From: Takakia lepidozioides
Taxonomy: Eukaryota; Plantae; Bryophyta
Assembly (NCBI GenBank): GCA_030704615.1
Contig: CM060734.1
Location: 23,746,001 to 23,810,000 of the forward strand
Reading direction: 5' to 3'
DNA length: 64,000 nucleotides
This document shows, one piece after another, positions 46,101 through 60,296 of this stretch; position 1 is the first letter of the stretch, and each line of letters starts with the position of its first letter. The notes beneath the pieces are model-generated. The model saw only the letters and a list, made by a program, of their open reading frames with translations, searched no databases and had not been told where the DNA came from. Position numbers and translations under genes: made by a program.

Positions 46101-49100
46101 ATGAATCTTGCATGTGTCTTGGCACTGATAGATCGGTTTCAAGCCAACACAAGATGCCTTTTTAGGAAGATGAATGGCTCAAGAACTGGATTATGTAAGG
46201 CTTGACCCATGTCAACCAAAAATGAGGAATCATTATGTCAACAGGCAAATGCTTAAGACATGTATGGCTTGCTGTTTCAATTGCAATTTAAAGTACTATG
46301 TGCTTGGCTCTCGAGATTTATCTCCAGACCTGCAATCTGGTTTTTGAAATGATGTTACAATCGGCAAGTATGGTGTGGATCGTTGTATGTCAAACTATGG
46401 TGCTTTCATAATATGATTGACCAAGAATCCCACCCTCCCACCCTGTTTTTTCAGATACCCTGAAATGTAATGGGATATTCAAATGAGATGGTAAACATGG
46501 AAGTGGTTGTTAGATGATGCCCTGTAAAGGGCTGCTTTGTCTTTCAATGACAATGACCTTGGTGGTCTTGTCCATGTCTTGACATGACATGTATATCTTC
46601 CCTCTCTTTATTTGATCAGTGTACTTAGTGGTTTTTGTACACACCATCTACCCTTCTCCTTTCCTGTTTCACCTTCTCATTCTGATGTACTGACAATATT
46701 TTTTGAGGAGCCTTGGCAGATAGGCAACAAACACATTCCAAACTGGAATGATGAACTGAAAGCCTCGGGGTATGAATCCCCCTTGGCCAGGTATGATCTT
46801 CTCCAACAATAGTATGGTTGATTGATTGGGTATGAAAAGTAAGGCATCCTTGATGATACCTGAAATAAGCATAGAGCATCTAAAGGACTTATGAATGCCG
46901 ATATTATGAGCTAAGCCCTGGTAAGACAGCTTACGGGAGTATGTGTACACCTTATACATGATCCGGTCAATGCACACTACTTTTGTTAGCTAGTCTCTTG
47001 TAGCCGATGCCTTATAAATCAGATACCTTATGATTGAGTGACTACCAAGTCCTTTGATCAAGTGCTTCTATACTTCTCTTAGATATGGCTTTCGCTCCTT
47101 GTGGCACCATAAAAAAATACCCAACTCTAATCTGTTGCTAGAAGATGGTTTGTCCATATCACAGGCATGGTACTACAGACCTGAGCTGCTGTTGTTGTAT
47201 CTTGACAAGGTTCCTTCCCTAGCCTGTTCTTCCCTGTGCGAGAGCTTATTGAGAAACTGAAAGGTATTTTCTAAAAACTTGTACCTATCCAGAGCTAAGT
47301 ATACCATTCTTTTCTCGTGATACTATACCAGTCTTGCTATGATACACTTTATGCCAATGTTTCATTCATGACCCGAGGAAGAGAGGATGTAGGATTCTAC
47401 TCCCTAAGGATAGAACTACATGGAAGAGGGGAAACCTTATGAGAAGGGGTCTGGTATGCACTCCCTTACGGGGTGAGTGCATACCACACTCACTCCGTAA
47501 GGTTCTGCCATGCCAGGGGATTGGCTGGTGGGTCCCTCTATCTCCCTCTCTCCCTCTCCCTCTATAACTCTTTGGATTTCATCTGGCCTTAACCTTTTTA
47601 ATGCTGGTTATTTGGTTGTTCAACCCAATTCCCTTTTCATCCAAAATTGGATGAATTTTTTGGAGGATGATGACGCTTACTTTGCAGATTTTGGTTTTTC
47701 ATCCTAATCTCCTTTCTCATCCAAATCTGGATGAAATTATTAGGATGATGACCCTTACTGTGCATAAATCTTGGTTTATCATTTGTTTTCTTTTTTTTTC
47801 ATCCAAACGGGATGAATTCCATGAATGATGGTGACCTATTTTAATCCAGGAGAGAGTAATTTTACCATCGTTTATTATAAATGATGGCAGTTATTAAACT
47901 TGAGCCTATACCCTAACCCTAAAAGTTACATTTTTAATGGATGTCATCCATTGACGAGTGCATCTCCTGTTAGAATGCGACTTTTTCATCCCCCCTGGAT
48001 GAGAAATCGGGGATCTGTGCCCTAAGCAGGTCGACACCTTTCACAGCACACAGCTCGTGCTTCAGGGATCCTTGATGATGCGCCGTGTAAATCTGCTCCC
48101 CAGTTGCTGCATGGTACCCGTGATGGCTGGCTCTTGGGATGCGCATTGGCGGTTATGCAGATTCTTCTCTGGCAGGTGACGAAGCGATGATTGCTTTGCT
48201 CAGACCCTCGTGGTTCTTTTTAATTGCAGCGTTACTCCTCGTTGGGAAGTACTCTAACCCTATTTATCTACAGATTACATATGGCTCTTTCACTTTGTAT
48301 GAGCTCTTTTCTATCTGTGAACCCTTCTACTGTGATTGTGTTCTGTTGGAGACGATCTGTTGGATGCCATGGCGCAGGGCATACCGCAAACACTCGAGGT
48401 CTTTTGAGGTTACCCTTGCTTGGATTGTGATCTGTACATGCTTTAGAATTCAGCACTGACATGGATAGCAACTGTGAAGACATGCCACTCACCCGATGCA
48501 TCCTCACTAACACACATCTTTATGTGGTGGTTTTTGGGACGGGCACAGGTGAGGGTCTTCACTTGTCTTGAATTCTTGAAGCTTGCAGAGTCTGATTCTT
48601 GCATAAGGGATTGCTGCTACCGCCTGAAGCTGCTGATGCCAGTTGCTGTTTCAAATCTGCCACCTTGTTGCCTCAAAACGGCTTCAAGTCTGTTCTAATG
48701 AGGATCGCCTTCTTACACCTTACCCTTGTTTTTGGTTCTTGATGACCACTTCTACATGTTTTGGAGTTAAGACACACAAGGGACTTCATAGAAAACAAAA
48801 TCTCTACTGAAGGCTCTGGGGCACAGATCCCCGATTTCTCATCCAGGGGGGATGAAAAGGTCGCATTCTAGCAGGAGATGCACTCGTCAATGGATGACAT
48901 CCATTAAAAATGTAACTTTTAGGGTTAGGGTATAGGCTCAAGTTTAATAACTGCCATCATTTATAATAAACGATGGTAAAATTACTCTCTCCTGGATTAA
49001 AATAGGTCACCGTCATTCATGGAATTCATCCCGTTTGGATGAAAAAAGATAAAACAAATGACAAACCAAGATTTATGCACAGTAAGGGTCATCATCCTAA

Positions 49101-52100
49101 TAATTTCATCCAGATTTGGATGAGAAAGGAGATTAGGATGAAAAACCAAAATCTGCAGAGTAAGCGTCATCGTCCTTCAAAAAATTCATCCAATTTTGGA
49201 TGAAAAGGGAATTGGGATGAACAACCAAATAACCAGCATTAAAAAGGTTAAGGCCAAATGAAATCCAAAGAGTTATAGAGGGAGAGGGAGAGAGGGAGAG
49301 AGAGGGACCCACCAGCCAATCCCCTGGCATGGCAGAACCTTACGGAGTGAGTGTGGTATGCACTCACCCCGTAAGGGAGTGCATACCAGACCCCTTCTCA
49401 TAAGGTTTCCCCTCTTCCATGTAGTTCTATCCTTAGGGAGTAGAATCCTACATCCTCTCTTCCTCGGGTCATGAATGAAACATTGGCATAAAGTGTATCA
49501 TAGCAAGACTGGTATAGTATCACGAGAAAAGAACAGAGAGTTCAGTGGTATACTTAGCTCTGGATAGGTACAAGTTTTTAGAAAATACCTTTCAGTTTCT
49601 CAAGAAGCTCTCGCACAGGGAAGAACGGGCTAGGGAAGGAACCTCGTTCAAGGAACCTTGTCAAGATACAACAACAGCAGCTCAGGTCTGTAGTACCATG
49701 CCTGTGATATGGACAAACCATCTTCTAGCAACAGATTAGAGTTGGGTATTTTTTATGGTGCCACAAGGAGCGAAAGCCATATCTAAGAGAAGTATAGAAG
49801 CACTTGGGACTTGGTAGTCACTCAATCATAAGGTATCTGATTCTGATATAAGGCATCGGCTACAAGAGACTAGCTAACAAAAGTAGTGTGCATTGACCGG
49901 ATCACGTATAAGGTGTACGCATACTCCCGTACGCTGTCTTACCAGGGCTTAGCTCATAATATCGGCATTCATAAGTCCTTTAGATGCTCTATGCTTATTT
50001 CAGGTATCATCAAGGATGCCTTACTTTTCATACCCAATCAATCAACCATACTATTGCTGGAGAAGATCATACCTGGCCAAGGGGGATTCATACCCCGAGG
50101 CTTTCAGTTCATCATTCCAGTTTGGAATGTGTTTGTTGCCTATCTGCCAAGGCTCCTCAAAAAATATTGTCAGTACATCAGAATGAGAAGGTGAAACAGG
50201 AAAGGAGAAGGGTAGATGGTGTGTACAAAAACCACTAAGTACACTGATCAAATAAAGAGAGGGAAGATATACATGTCATGTCAAGACATGGACGAGACCA
50301 CTAAGGTCATTGTCATTGAAAGACAAAGCAGCCCTTTACAGGGCACCATCTAACAACCACTTCCATGTTTACCATCTCATTTGAATATCCCATTACATTT
50401 CAGGGTATCTGAAAAAACAGGGTGGGAGGGTGGGATTCTTGGTCAATCATATTATGAAAGCACCATAGTTTGACATACAACGATCACCACCATACTTGCC
50501 GATTGTAACATCATTTCAAAAACCAGATTGCAGGTCTGGAGATAAATCTCGAGAGCCAAGCACATAGTACTTTAAATTGCAATTGAAACAGCGAGCCATA
50601 CATGTCTTGAGCATTTGCCTGTTGACATAATGATTCCTCATTTTTTGTTGACATGGGTCAAGCCTTACATAATCCAGTTCTTGAGCCATTCATCTTCCTA
50701 AAAAGGCATCTTGTGTTGGCTTGAAACCGATCTATCAGTGCCAAGACACATGCAAGATTCATAAAGTAGAAACGGGGCCGAGTTTTTTCGGGCATATGCA
50801 GGCCCGGATTGGTATTCCAGGGTCATAAACAGCTCTGCTAGGGTAAAAAATAAATAACTCGGAATTCCAGGTCAATCATATCATGAAAGCACCATGGTTT
50901 AATGAAAATTTCACCTATACTTGCAGATTGCACCTTCATTTCAGAAACCAGATTGCAGGTCTGGAGATAATCTCCAGAACCAAGCCCTTCAAGCAACAAG
51001 TGTCTTTCTTGCTTAGTTTTATCTCAGTAAGAATATCTCTACACCTAGCAAGGTGTATCATGACCAGGTTTAGGCCATGAAAAAGTATTTAAAACTGTCA
51101 TGCTAGGCTACTTGCTGGACCATAAAGGTTACTGTTTTAGAATCCAGTTTTTGAATAAGTCGCCTTCCTAAAAAAACAGCCAGCCTGAAGGTATCATAGC
51201 ATTGCAAATGAATGAGCAAGCATTACATGCAATGACATGGCTTATTTGAGTCTCTGTAAGGAGCTGCAGGTCTGGAATGGAATTCCAGGACTTCATGATC
51301 AAAACTCTGCCAGGGTAGAAGGTAAGAAGCACACAACACCTACCACCAAGCAGGTCTTGAAAATCAAAATTATGATGGGCCCAGGTCCGAAGGTGCTTCA
51401 GTGCCAAGTCATAGGCAAGACTTCTAACAACAGAAAACACATGGCTGAGTACCCTCAAGCAGATATGGGCCTGGAGTGGTATTCCAGGGCCTCTTAAAAA
51501 GCTCTGCCAGTTAAAGAAAGGAACTCATAAAACCCCCGTCCCCTATCATGCAATGAAATCACAGTGATATGAGAGCCTTGAAGAATGTTTGTCATCAGAC
51601 AAGGTCTATCTTCTGATCCATCAAGGCCAGGCCATGATGTTTCATTTCAGAGCCTAGTTTCCATGCAACCATAGTTGTAGCTGCAGCCCTATACCTTTGT
51701 TGAAAACAGCCAGAGCCTTCAGTAGAGATTTTGTTTTCTATGAAGTCCCTTGTGTGTCTTGACTCCAAAACATGTAGAAGTGGTCATCAAGAACCAAAAA
51801 CAAGGGTAAGGAGTAAGAAGGCGATCCTCATTAGAGCAGACTTGAAGCCGTTTTGAGGCAACAAGGTGGCAGATTTGAAACAGCAACTGGCATCAGCAGC
51901 TTCAGGCGTAGCAGCAGCAATCCCTTATGCAAGAATCAGACTCTGCAAGCTTCAAGAATCCAAGACAAGTGAAGACCCTCACCTGTGCCCGTCCCAAAAA
52001 CACCACATAAAGATGTGTGTTAGTGAGGATGCATCAGGTGAGTGAGTGGCATGTCTTCACAGTTGCTATCCATGTCAGTGCTGAATTCTAAAGCATGTAC

Positions 52101-54220
52101 AGATCACAATTCAAGCAAGGGTAACCTCAAAAGACCTCGAGTGTTTGCGGTATGCCCTGCGCCATGGCGTCCAACAGATCGTCTCCAACGGAACACAATC
52201 ACAGTAGAAGGGTTCACAGATAGAGAAGAGCTCATACAAAGTGAAAGAGCCATATGTAATCTGTAGATAAATAGGGGTAGAGTACTTCCCAACGAGGAGT
52301 AACGCTGCAATTAAAAAGAACCATGAGGGTCTGAGCAAAGCAATCATCGCTTTGTCACCTGCCAGAGAAGAATCTGCATAACCGCCAATGCGCATCCCAA
52401 GAGCAGCCATCACGGGTACCGTGCAGCAGCTGGGGGCAGATTTACACGGCGCATCATCAAGGATCCCCGAAGCACGAGCTGTGTGCTGTGAAAGGTGTCG
52501 ACCTGCTTAGGGCACAGATCCCCGATTTCTCATCCAGGGGGGATGAAAAGGTCGCATTCTAGCAGGAGATGCACTCGTCAATGGATGACATCCATTAAAA
52601 ATGTAACTTTTAGGGTTAGGGTATAGGCTCAAGTTTAATAACTGCCATCATTTATAATAAACGATGGTAAAATTACTCTCTCCTGGATTAAAATAGGTCA
52701 CCGTCATTCATGGAATTCATCCCGTTTGGATGAAAAAAGATAAACAAATGACAAAACCAAGATTTATGCACAGTAAGGGTCATCATCCTAATAATTTCAT
52801 CCAGATTTGGATGAGAAAGGACGGATTAGGATGAAAAACCAAAATCTGCAGAGTAAGCGTCATCATCCTTCAAAAATTCATCCAATTTTGGATGAAAAGG
52901 GAATGGGATGAACAACCAAATAACCAGCATTATAAAAAGGTTAAGGCAAATGAACTCCAAGAGTTATAGAGGGAGAGGGAGAGAGGGAGAGAGAGCGGGA
53001 ACCACACCAGCCAATCCCATGGCATGCAGAAACCTTACGGGAGTGAGACCTTACGGAGTGAGTGTGGTATGCACTCACCCCGTAAGGGAGTGCATACCAG
53101 ACCCCTTCTCATAAGGTTTCCCCTCTTCCATGTAGTTCTATCCTTAGGGAGTAGAATCCTACATCCTCTCTTCCTCGGGTCATGAATGAAACATTGGCAT
53201 AAAGTGTATCATAGCAAGACTGGTTATAGTATCACGAGAAAAGAACAGAGAGTTCAGTGGTATACTTAGCTCTGGATAGGTACAAGTTTTTAGAAAATAC
53301 CTTTCAGTTTCTCAAGAAGCTCCCATCTACCCTTCTCCTTTCCTGTTTCACCTTCTCATTCTGATGTACTGACAAAATTTTTGAGGGAGCCTTGGCAGAA
53401 GGCAACAACACATCAAACTGGACTGCTGAACTGAAAGCCTCGGGGTATGGAACCCCCTTGGCCACGTATGATCTTCTTCAGCATAGTATGGTTGATTGAT
53501 TGGGGTATGAAAGTAAGGCATCCTTGATGATACCTGAAATAAGCATAGAGTCATCTAAAGGACTTATGAATGCCGCCCATATATGAGCTAAGCCCTGGTA
53601 AGACAGAGTACGGGAGTATGCGTACACCTATACGTGATCCGGTCAATGCACACTACTTTTGTTAGCTAGTTCTGTAGCCGATGCCTTATATCAGAATCAG
53701 ATACCTTATGATTGAGTGACTACCAAGTCCTTCTGATCAAGTGCTTCTATACTTCTTAGATATGGCTTTCGCTCCTTGTGGCACCATAAAACAAATACCC
53801 AACTCTAATCTGTTGCTAGAAGATGGTTTGTCCATATCACAGGCATGGTACTACAGCCTGAGAGGCTGTGTTGTATCTTGACAAGGTTCCTTGAACGAGG
53901 TTCTCCCATTAGCCCGTTCTTCCCTGTGCGAGAGCTTCTTGAGAAACTGAAAGGTATTTTCTAAAACTTGTACCTATCCAGACTAAGTATACCACTGAAC
54001 TCTCTGTTCTTTTCTCGTGTGATACTATACCAGTTCTTGCTATGATACACTTTATGCCAATGTTTCATTCAGACCCGAGGAAGAAGAGGATGTAGGATTC
54101 TACTCCCTAAGGATAGAACTACATGGAAGAGGGGGAAACCTTATGAGAATGGGTCTGGTATGCACTCCCTTACGGGGAGTGCATACCACAATCACTCCGT
54201 AAGGTTCTTCCATGCCAGGG
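40148..54220. repeat. Complex recent duplication of a ~3.7-kb unit in direct and inverted orientation
   Basis: Block X at 40148-42480 and 45237-47570, inverted at 49260-51625, partial at 52960-54220. Block Y at 44255-45240 and 47920-48818, inverted at 51625-52610. Block Z at 47570-47920, inverted at ~48920-49260 and ~52610-52960. Matching spurious ORFs in the track confirm near identity. Confidence 0.92.
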
Positions 54221-56148
54221 ATCATGGGATGGTAATGATTTCCTACCCCAGACATAGAACTTGGTCTTGGGCATGGAATAATACTTGCACTGTTCCAAGT
54301 CATGGGCAAACCTCTTACCTATACAAATAAGGAGGCAGGACGTTCGGCATATTACTCTACCCTGTCATTGAAAGTTACACACCAGCCCCAGATCTAAAAC
54401 AGATCAGGGGGGCAAAAAAAACATGGTTGTCCATAAGTGACTTGATGTGCAACTAGGGCAGCTGCTACCCCCTGTTGTATAAGCTGCCAAATATCAGTCC
54501 GTAACCCTGCTTTGGTGATGTTCTTTATGTAAAGAAAATGCTCTTATTTTGTTCTTAAGCTTCTATGATCATAAATGGCGTCTTTAAGACAAACAGACAT
54601 TTCCAGCCATGAACAGTGATCAAGGATCTTTCTTTGGACATGGATACTTACTGCTCAGTCGCTTTGGTATGTCCCATGATACAAAGAACCAAAACTATAC
54701 TAGGTTTGGGCCAACGATAATAAATCGGATGGTTGGTTTTGCTTGGTTTGGTATGTAAGTTTGACCAAAAAAATACAGACGAATGACATGGCCTGTCATG
54801 AATGGCACTTTTAGCATGCTGAAACAACGGTTTCCGGATATGAACAGTGGTAATCGAGTCTCTAATTTTCCCACCCAGAGACTTCGGTTGACTTGAAGTC
54901 TGGGATTTGTCATAAAGCTGACTTGTGAATATGAGAATGGTTGAGAATGAGGCCGATTTGTCGTGTTAATTTTACAATGACCTGTTGTCAGGTCTTGTCC
55001 ATGTCTCGACGAACATAAGTATCTCCCTCTCTGATTTAGACCAGTGTACTGGTGGTTTTGTAAACATTATCAACCAATCTCCCTTCGTTTTCAGTTTGAT
55101 GTTTGATTTACTAACACCTTGGTCTGAGCATGACAAAAAGGTTATCAAATATGTTCCTGATTGAAGGTGATGAACCCCAAGGCAATGGGAAGGCCAAAGC
55201 CATGAGATATCAGCCTCCTCTCCCGCCATGGGGGACGACGGTGTGGAAGCAAGCAAGTCCTTCAAAGGTAGATCTTCTCCAGCAAAAATATTGTTGGCTA
55301 ATTGGGATGGAGAGCAAGGCATCCTTGAAGGGTAACTGAGATAAAGCATAGATAGAATCTACAGGCCTTATGAATGCTGAGTTTTGAGCTAGGCCCGGTA
55401 AGACAGCTGCTGGAGTAGACGGTTCCACCTGAAATGATCCGGTCAATGCACATTACTATTTGTTTGCCGGTCCCCCGTAGCCGATGCCCTTTATGTCAGA
55501 TTTAGATACCTTATGCAAGAATGAGTTCCATTTCTTGGCTCAAATGTTTCTAGTTGCTCCTGGTTTATGGCTTTGCTCTTTTATAGCAACCATAAAAAAA
55601 ATACCCAATTATATATGCTGCTGGTTTAGAGGTTTTGTCTGAATATAAACAGGTGGTAAACCTGCCAAACTTATTACATGAGTCCCAATACCTGCCCCTT
55701 TGGTTTTGTACACATGTTTTTACCCAAACCAAGGGGGTGGGTAAAACACTAAAAGTTTGATATAAGATTTCCCGATTGTTAATTATGACAATCATTAGGG
55801 AGACTATCTCTTGTTCCCTATGGCATAATGATGTGACAATGGAGCAATGATATGACAAGCTGATGGCTTTTAAAGAAGTTATTGGTAAATGCTAAAATGT
55901 AGGGCCGACTGTTTTTCAGGACCAGAAGTGTTCTTGAATGTACAAGCATTGGAAAATAGCATCGTTTAGAAAGCCGGTTACGTGGACACTTGATTACCAG
56001 CCAAATGATATGGAGGGATCTTTTTGTGGCCAAATTGTCCTGGCTATAGCTGAATGTTTACCCATTTCCAAAACGGTAAGTTAAGACCAGTTGGTAGAGC
56101 GAAAAAAGGAAGAGATAGGATCGGGCACATGTATTCAAGTGCGTAGGA

Positions 56149-56648
56149 NNNNNNNNNNNNNNNNNNNNNNNNNNNNNNNNNNNNNNNNNNNNNNNNNNNN
56201 NNNNNNNNNNNNNNNNNNNNNNNNNNNNNNNNNNNNNNNNNNNNNNNNNNNNNNNNNNNNNNNNNNNNNNNNNNNNNNNNNNNNNNNNNNNNNNNNNNNN
56301 NNNNNNNNNNNNNNNNNNNNNNNNNNNNNNNNNNNNNNNNNNNNNNNNNNNNNNNNNNNNNNNNNNNNNNNNNNNNNNNNNNNNNNNNNNNNNNNNNNNN
56401 NNNNNNNNNNNNNNNNNNNNNNNNNNNNNNNNNNNNNNNNNNNNNNNNNNNNNNNNNNNNNNNNNNNNNNNNNNNNNNNNNNNNNNNNNNNNNNNNNNNN
56501 NNNNNNNNNNNNNNNNNNNNNNNNNNNNNNNNNNNNNNNNNNNNNNNNNNNNNNNNNNNNNNNNNNNNNNNNNNNNNNNNNNNNNNNNNNNNNNNNNNNN
56601 NNNNNNNNNNNNNNNNNNNNNNNNNNNNNNNNNNNNNNNNNNNNNNNN
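56149..56648. other. Assembly gap (500 N)
   Basis: Run of N. Confidence 1.
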
Positions 56649-57259
56649 TGGCAACACTTTCTTGACTGAGAAGCCATCTCCTACCCCACGTCATGATCAA
56701 TTGAATGGCAATGCTTAGTACACTTCTCCAATCTAATTTCGACCGTGCTTTCTGAATTTACTTCAGTCTTACATGGACCTTCACTAATGGCATTGTTTAT
56801 ACGACATGTATACTGTTTCGAACAAAATGTACGTGAGGGAAATTCATACCACTTCGAAGCAATGGATGATGGCCTACTTCATTCAACATCGTTCAAGTTC
56901 TTTCCCCCCAAATGTCATTGCTCTCATCCATTGTACATTCATCCGTATTTTGACGTCCAACATTCATCCTACATTCATCTCATATTCATCCATTCCACAT
57001 ACCCATTCATCCGTACGGATTTCATCTCGCATTACTCTCAAATTTCCATTCGTGTCTTGCATATGTTGCCCTCAGGTACCCTAAACGTTGTCCCCACGAC
57101 AATAGGTTCTGCTTTTCCCACGGCTATAGGCTCTGCTTTCATTCTATGCTCACGCTTAAGAAATGTGCTCACACTTCGGAAATCTGCTCACGCTTAACGA
57201 AGTCTGCTCACGCTTAGTCCGCTAAGCATGAGCGCGCTCACGCGCTAGCTTCCCTTCTA

Positions 57260-59640
57260 AGAGTACTAAATGTGTTTTTGTGGCGTACAGCTTGGATTCT
57301 AAGGGATACATGTTGATTGAGGAGACAACTGGAAAACTCATTATCAGTCGAGATGTGGTTTTCAACGAAGGATCCAATTTTAGCGGTCATTCCAAATATG
57401 TCACTTCAATGGGAGTTGACGATAAGACAAAAGTGATCGTGGAACCAGGAGTTGTTACGAGAGACAAGGAGCATGACGATGAGGATCAGGATGATCTTCA
57501 ACTCAGGTCAGATTCAGATTCTCATATTCCCTCGGACTCCACTGCCCCACAGGTTTCTGACATCATTGTGCCATAGGCCGAGTCTCTTCCATCGTCAGTA
57601 CCAAGTTTGTTGCAGGACGTGACTGAGATCCAGGAGCAAGAACAACACGCGGTGAGAAGATCAACCAGAGTTCGGAGTGCACCTTCGAGGCTCACTCATT
57701 TTGCTTGTGCTGCAGTTGTGGAAGAGCCACAAACTCTAATAGAAGCTCTTCAAAGGGATGATGCAGTACAGTGGGAGTGAGTAGCAAATGAGGAATATTC
57801 TTCTCTCATGAAGAATGGGATATGGGAGCTTGTGGAGCTTCCTCAAGGAAGAAAAGCCATTGGTAACAAGTGGGTGTTTAAACTCAAGAGGAACACCAAT
57901 GGAGAGGCTGCAGGGAGATACAAAGCCAGGCTAGTAGCGAAGGGTTACTCTCAGACGGGAGGGATAGATTACGAAGAAACTTTTGCTCCTGTGGCAAAAT
58001 TTCCTTCTATCCGAACAATGTTGAGTATCGCAACTATGCATGATTTGGAGATTCACCAAATGGATGTGAGATGTGCATTTCTTAACGGGGAGCTGAAGGA
58101 GGATGTGTACATGTTGCAGCCAGAAGGATATGAAGATCCTGAGCACAGGGGGCTGGTTTGCAAGCTTCACAAAGCCATCTATGGGCTTAAGCAAGCACCA
58201 AGGGTTTGGAATGAGAACATAGATAGTTTTCTCAGGAAAAATGAGTTCAAAAGATGTCAGTCAGATTCGAGCATTTATGTGCGATCATAACAAGAAGATC
58301 AAATTGGCGTTGCTCTGGCACTGTATGTAGATGAACTGCTCATCTTCAGCAAAAATCTCAAGGCTATCAACAAGGTCAAGGAATCTCTCTCTGCAAAGTT
58401 CGAAATGAAAGACCTAGGAGAGCTTGATATTTTTTTGGGGATTCAGGTAGTCAGGAACAGGGAGAAGTGGACCATCAGTCTTGGTCAATCTCAATACATC
58501 ACAAAAGTGCTAAAGCGCTTTGGTATGGAAGAGTGCAAACCACTCAACACACCTCTGGATGTTAATGGGAAGCTTAAATTGCAAAAGTCAAGAGCCCAGT
58601 ACAGAGGAAGATATGGCTCAAATGGAAGGAATCCCTTACCGAGAAACAGTAGGTAGCCTCATGTATGCCATGTATGCAACAAGGCTAGATATCTCTGCCG
58701 CGGTTGGAACAGTGAGTAAATTCATACAAAATCCTGGAGAACTTCATTGGAAGGGTGTCAAAAGGATCATGAGGTATCTCCAAGGGACTAAGGATTACTC
58801 GTTGCAATTTTCAGGAGAAGGGATTGAAGCCGTTACTCTCTCAGGTTATTGTGACTCAGATTGGGGAGGAGATTTGGACACGAGGAAGTCCACCACAGTA
58901 TGCTTTCATTTTGAACAAGGGGGCCATAACCTGGAAGACAGCCTACTGTAGCCTTATCCACCACAGAAGCTGAATACATGGCAGCTACTCAAGCCACCAA
59001 AGAAGCAATGTGGTTGAGGAGGTTGCTAGGTGAACTAGGGTTTTGTCAAAAAGAGGCAACGGTGATTCAAACTGACAGTCAAGGTAGTCTTGCTCTTATC
59101 AAGAACCCTGTTCATCACAGTAGGACAAAACATATTGATATCCAATATCACTATGTGAGGGACATGGTGTCAGCAGGTGAAGTTTATTTCAACTACTAGT
59201 GCCCAACCACCACTATGGGTGCTGATGTGCTTACCAAAGGCAGTCCTGGGCCCAAGCATTGCGAATGCATGGAAATGTTGGGTCTAAAGAGACAACTCAA
59301 GTGTGACTGAGTGGGAATGTTGGCATTAACAGCCGCACTTGAGTTGAGCTCAGCTGGTAGTTGCGGCCAACGTAGATAAGAGTAGACTTAGGCCCCGGCC
59401 GCACCTGCCAGTTAGCTAGCAGGCACTAGCCGTAGCTAGCGCGCCGTTTAGCTAGCAGGTCTGGCATGAAACTGGACGGCGGCCGCACTTGGCTGCTAAC
59501 AAACTGCCGCGCGGCAGTTTGTTAACAGGAGCTAAAAAAAAAAAGCATTTCGGGCTGCCCGCCCGTCTTCCCCGCGGCTATGGTGGACGGAGCCCGTGGG
59601 AGCTGCTTGACTCCACGACTGCGAACCCTGCAGGGAAGAG
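57260..59640 (+). mobile_element. Degenerate Ty1/Copia retrotransposon 3' half (post-integrase region, RT, RNase H, PPT, start of 3' LTR)
   Basis: ISRDVVFNE; KWVFKLK...YKARLVAKGYSQ..GIDYEETFAPV; QMDV..AFLNG; YGLKQAPRVW; LYVDE; GYCDSDWGGD; STTEAEY; TKHIDIQYH; ADVLTK. Purine tract GAGTGGGAA (59309-59317) is followed by TGTTGG at 59318. LTR right end uncertain. Confidence 0.93.
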
Positions 59641-59646
59641 GGAGCT

Positions 59647-59942
59647 GTGTTGCTTGGTGCCTGTAGAGTTCACAGCGATTTGAAGCTAGCCAAGCGTGCA
59701 GCAAAAGGCCTTCCTGAGTCAGATCTACACCACCCTGCAGCCAGCTACGTGCTGCTCTCAAACATCTATGATGCAGCTGGCAGGTGGGACGATGAAGCAA
59801 AGGTGAGAAAGATGATGGAGGACAGAGGTTGTAGATGACGAACTGCATCCACAAATTGAGGAAATCCATGCTCAGCTGAAGAGGTTGTCTGGGCTGATGA
59901 ACGAGGTCGGGTATGTGCTTGATCCACGTTTTGTATTGCATT
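59647..59942 (+). pseudogene. PPR E1-E2/DYW remnant
   Basis: LLGACRVH...YVLLSNIYDAAGRWDDEAKVRKMMEDRG, then after a deletion and frameshift VDDELHPQIEEIHAQLKRL...VGYVLDPRFVLH. Confidence 0.88.
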
Positions 59943-60296
59943 GGCGTTTGCATCCAAAGCATGCATACCCCACCTACATTCCCATGCCACTTCTCAATGG
60001 TGCATACAATTGGTATATTGGCATCAGCACCCTGTTCTGAAACCAAGGGAAAGTGAAACCTCAGCAACCACTTCTCTGGTCAGTGGGTGAAACACCCTAT
60101 GCATCTCCAGTCTGCCACAAAATGGTAGCAGGGAAGAAAAAGTCTCAGATGTAACACCTCCTTCCATAGGGGCTGGATATGTGGATGGTTTCAAACATGC
60201 ACTGGGAAATGCTTCTTCATGCATACATTACTTCTTATGCAAGCATCCAAGGTGCAAGGTTTGCTGATATTCAACTGATGTGTTCTCATGTAACAG

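Noticed and set aside
40311-52413. Recurring 65-113 aa ORFs in the duplicated blocks
   Set aside because: No recognisable domain; they recur only because the DNA is duplicated.
56044-56700. ORFs spanning the N run
   Set aside because: Artefacts of the assembly gap.
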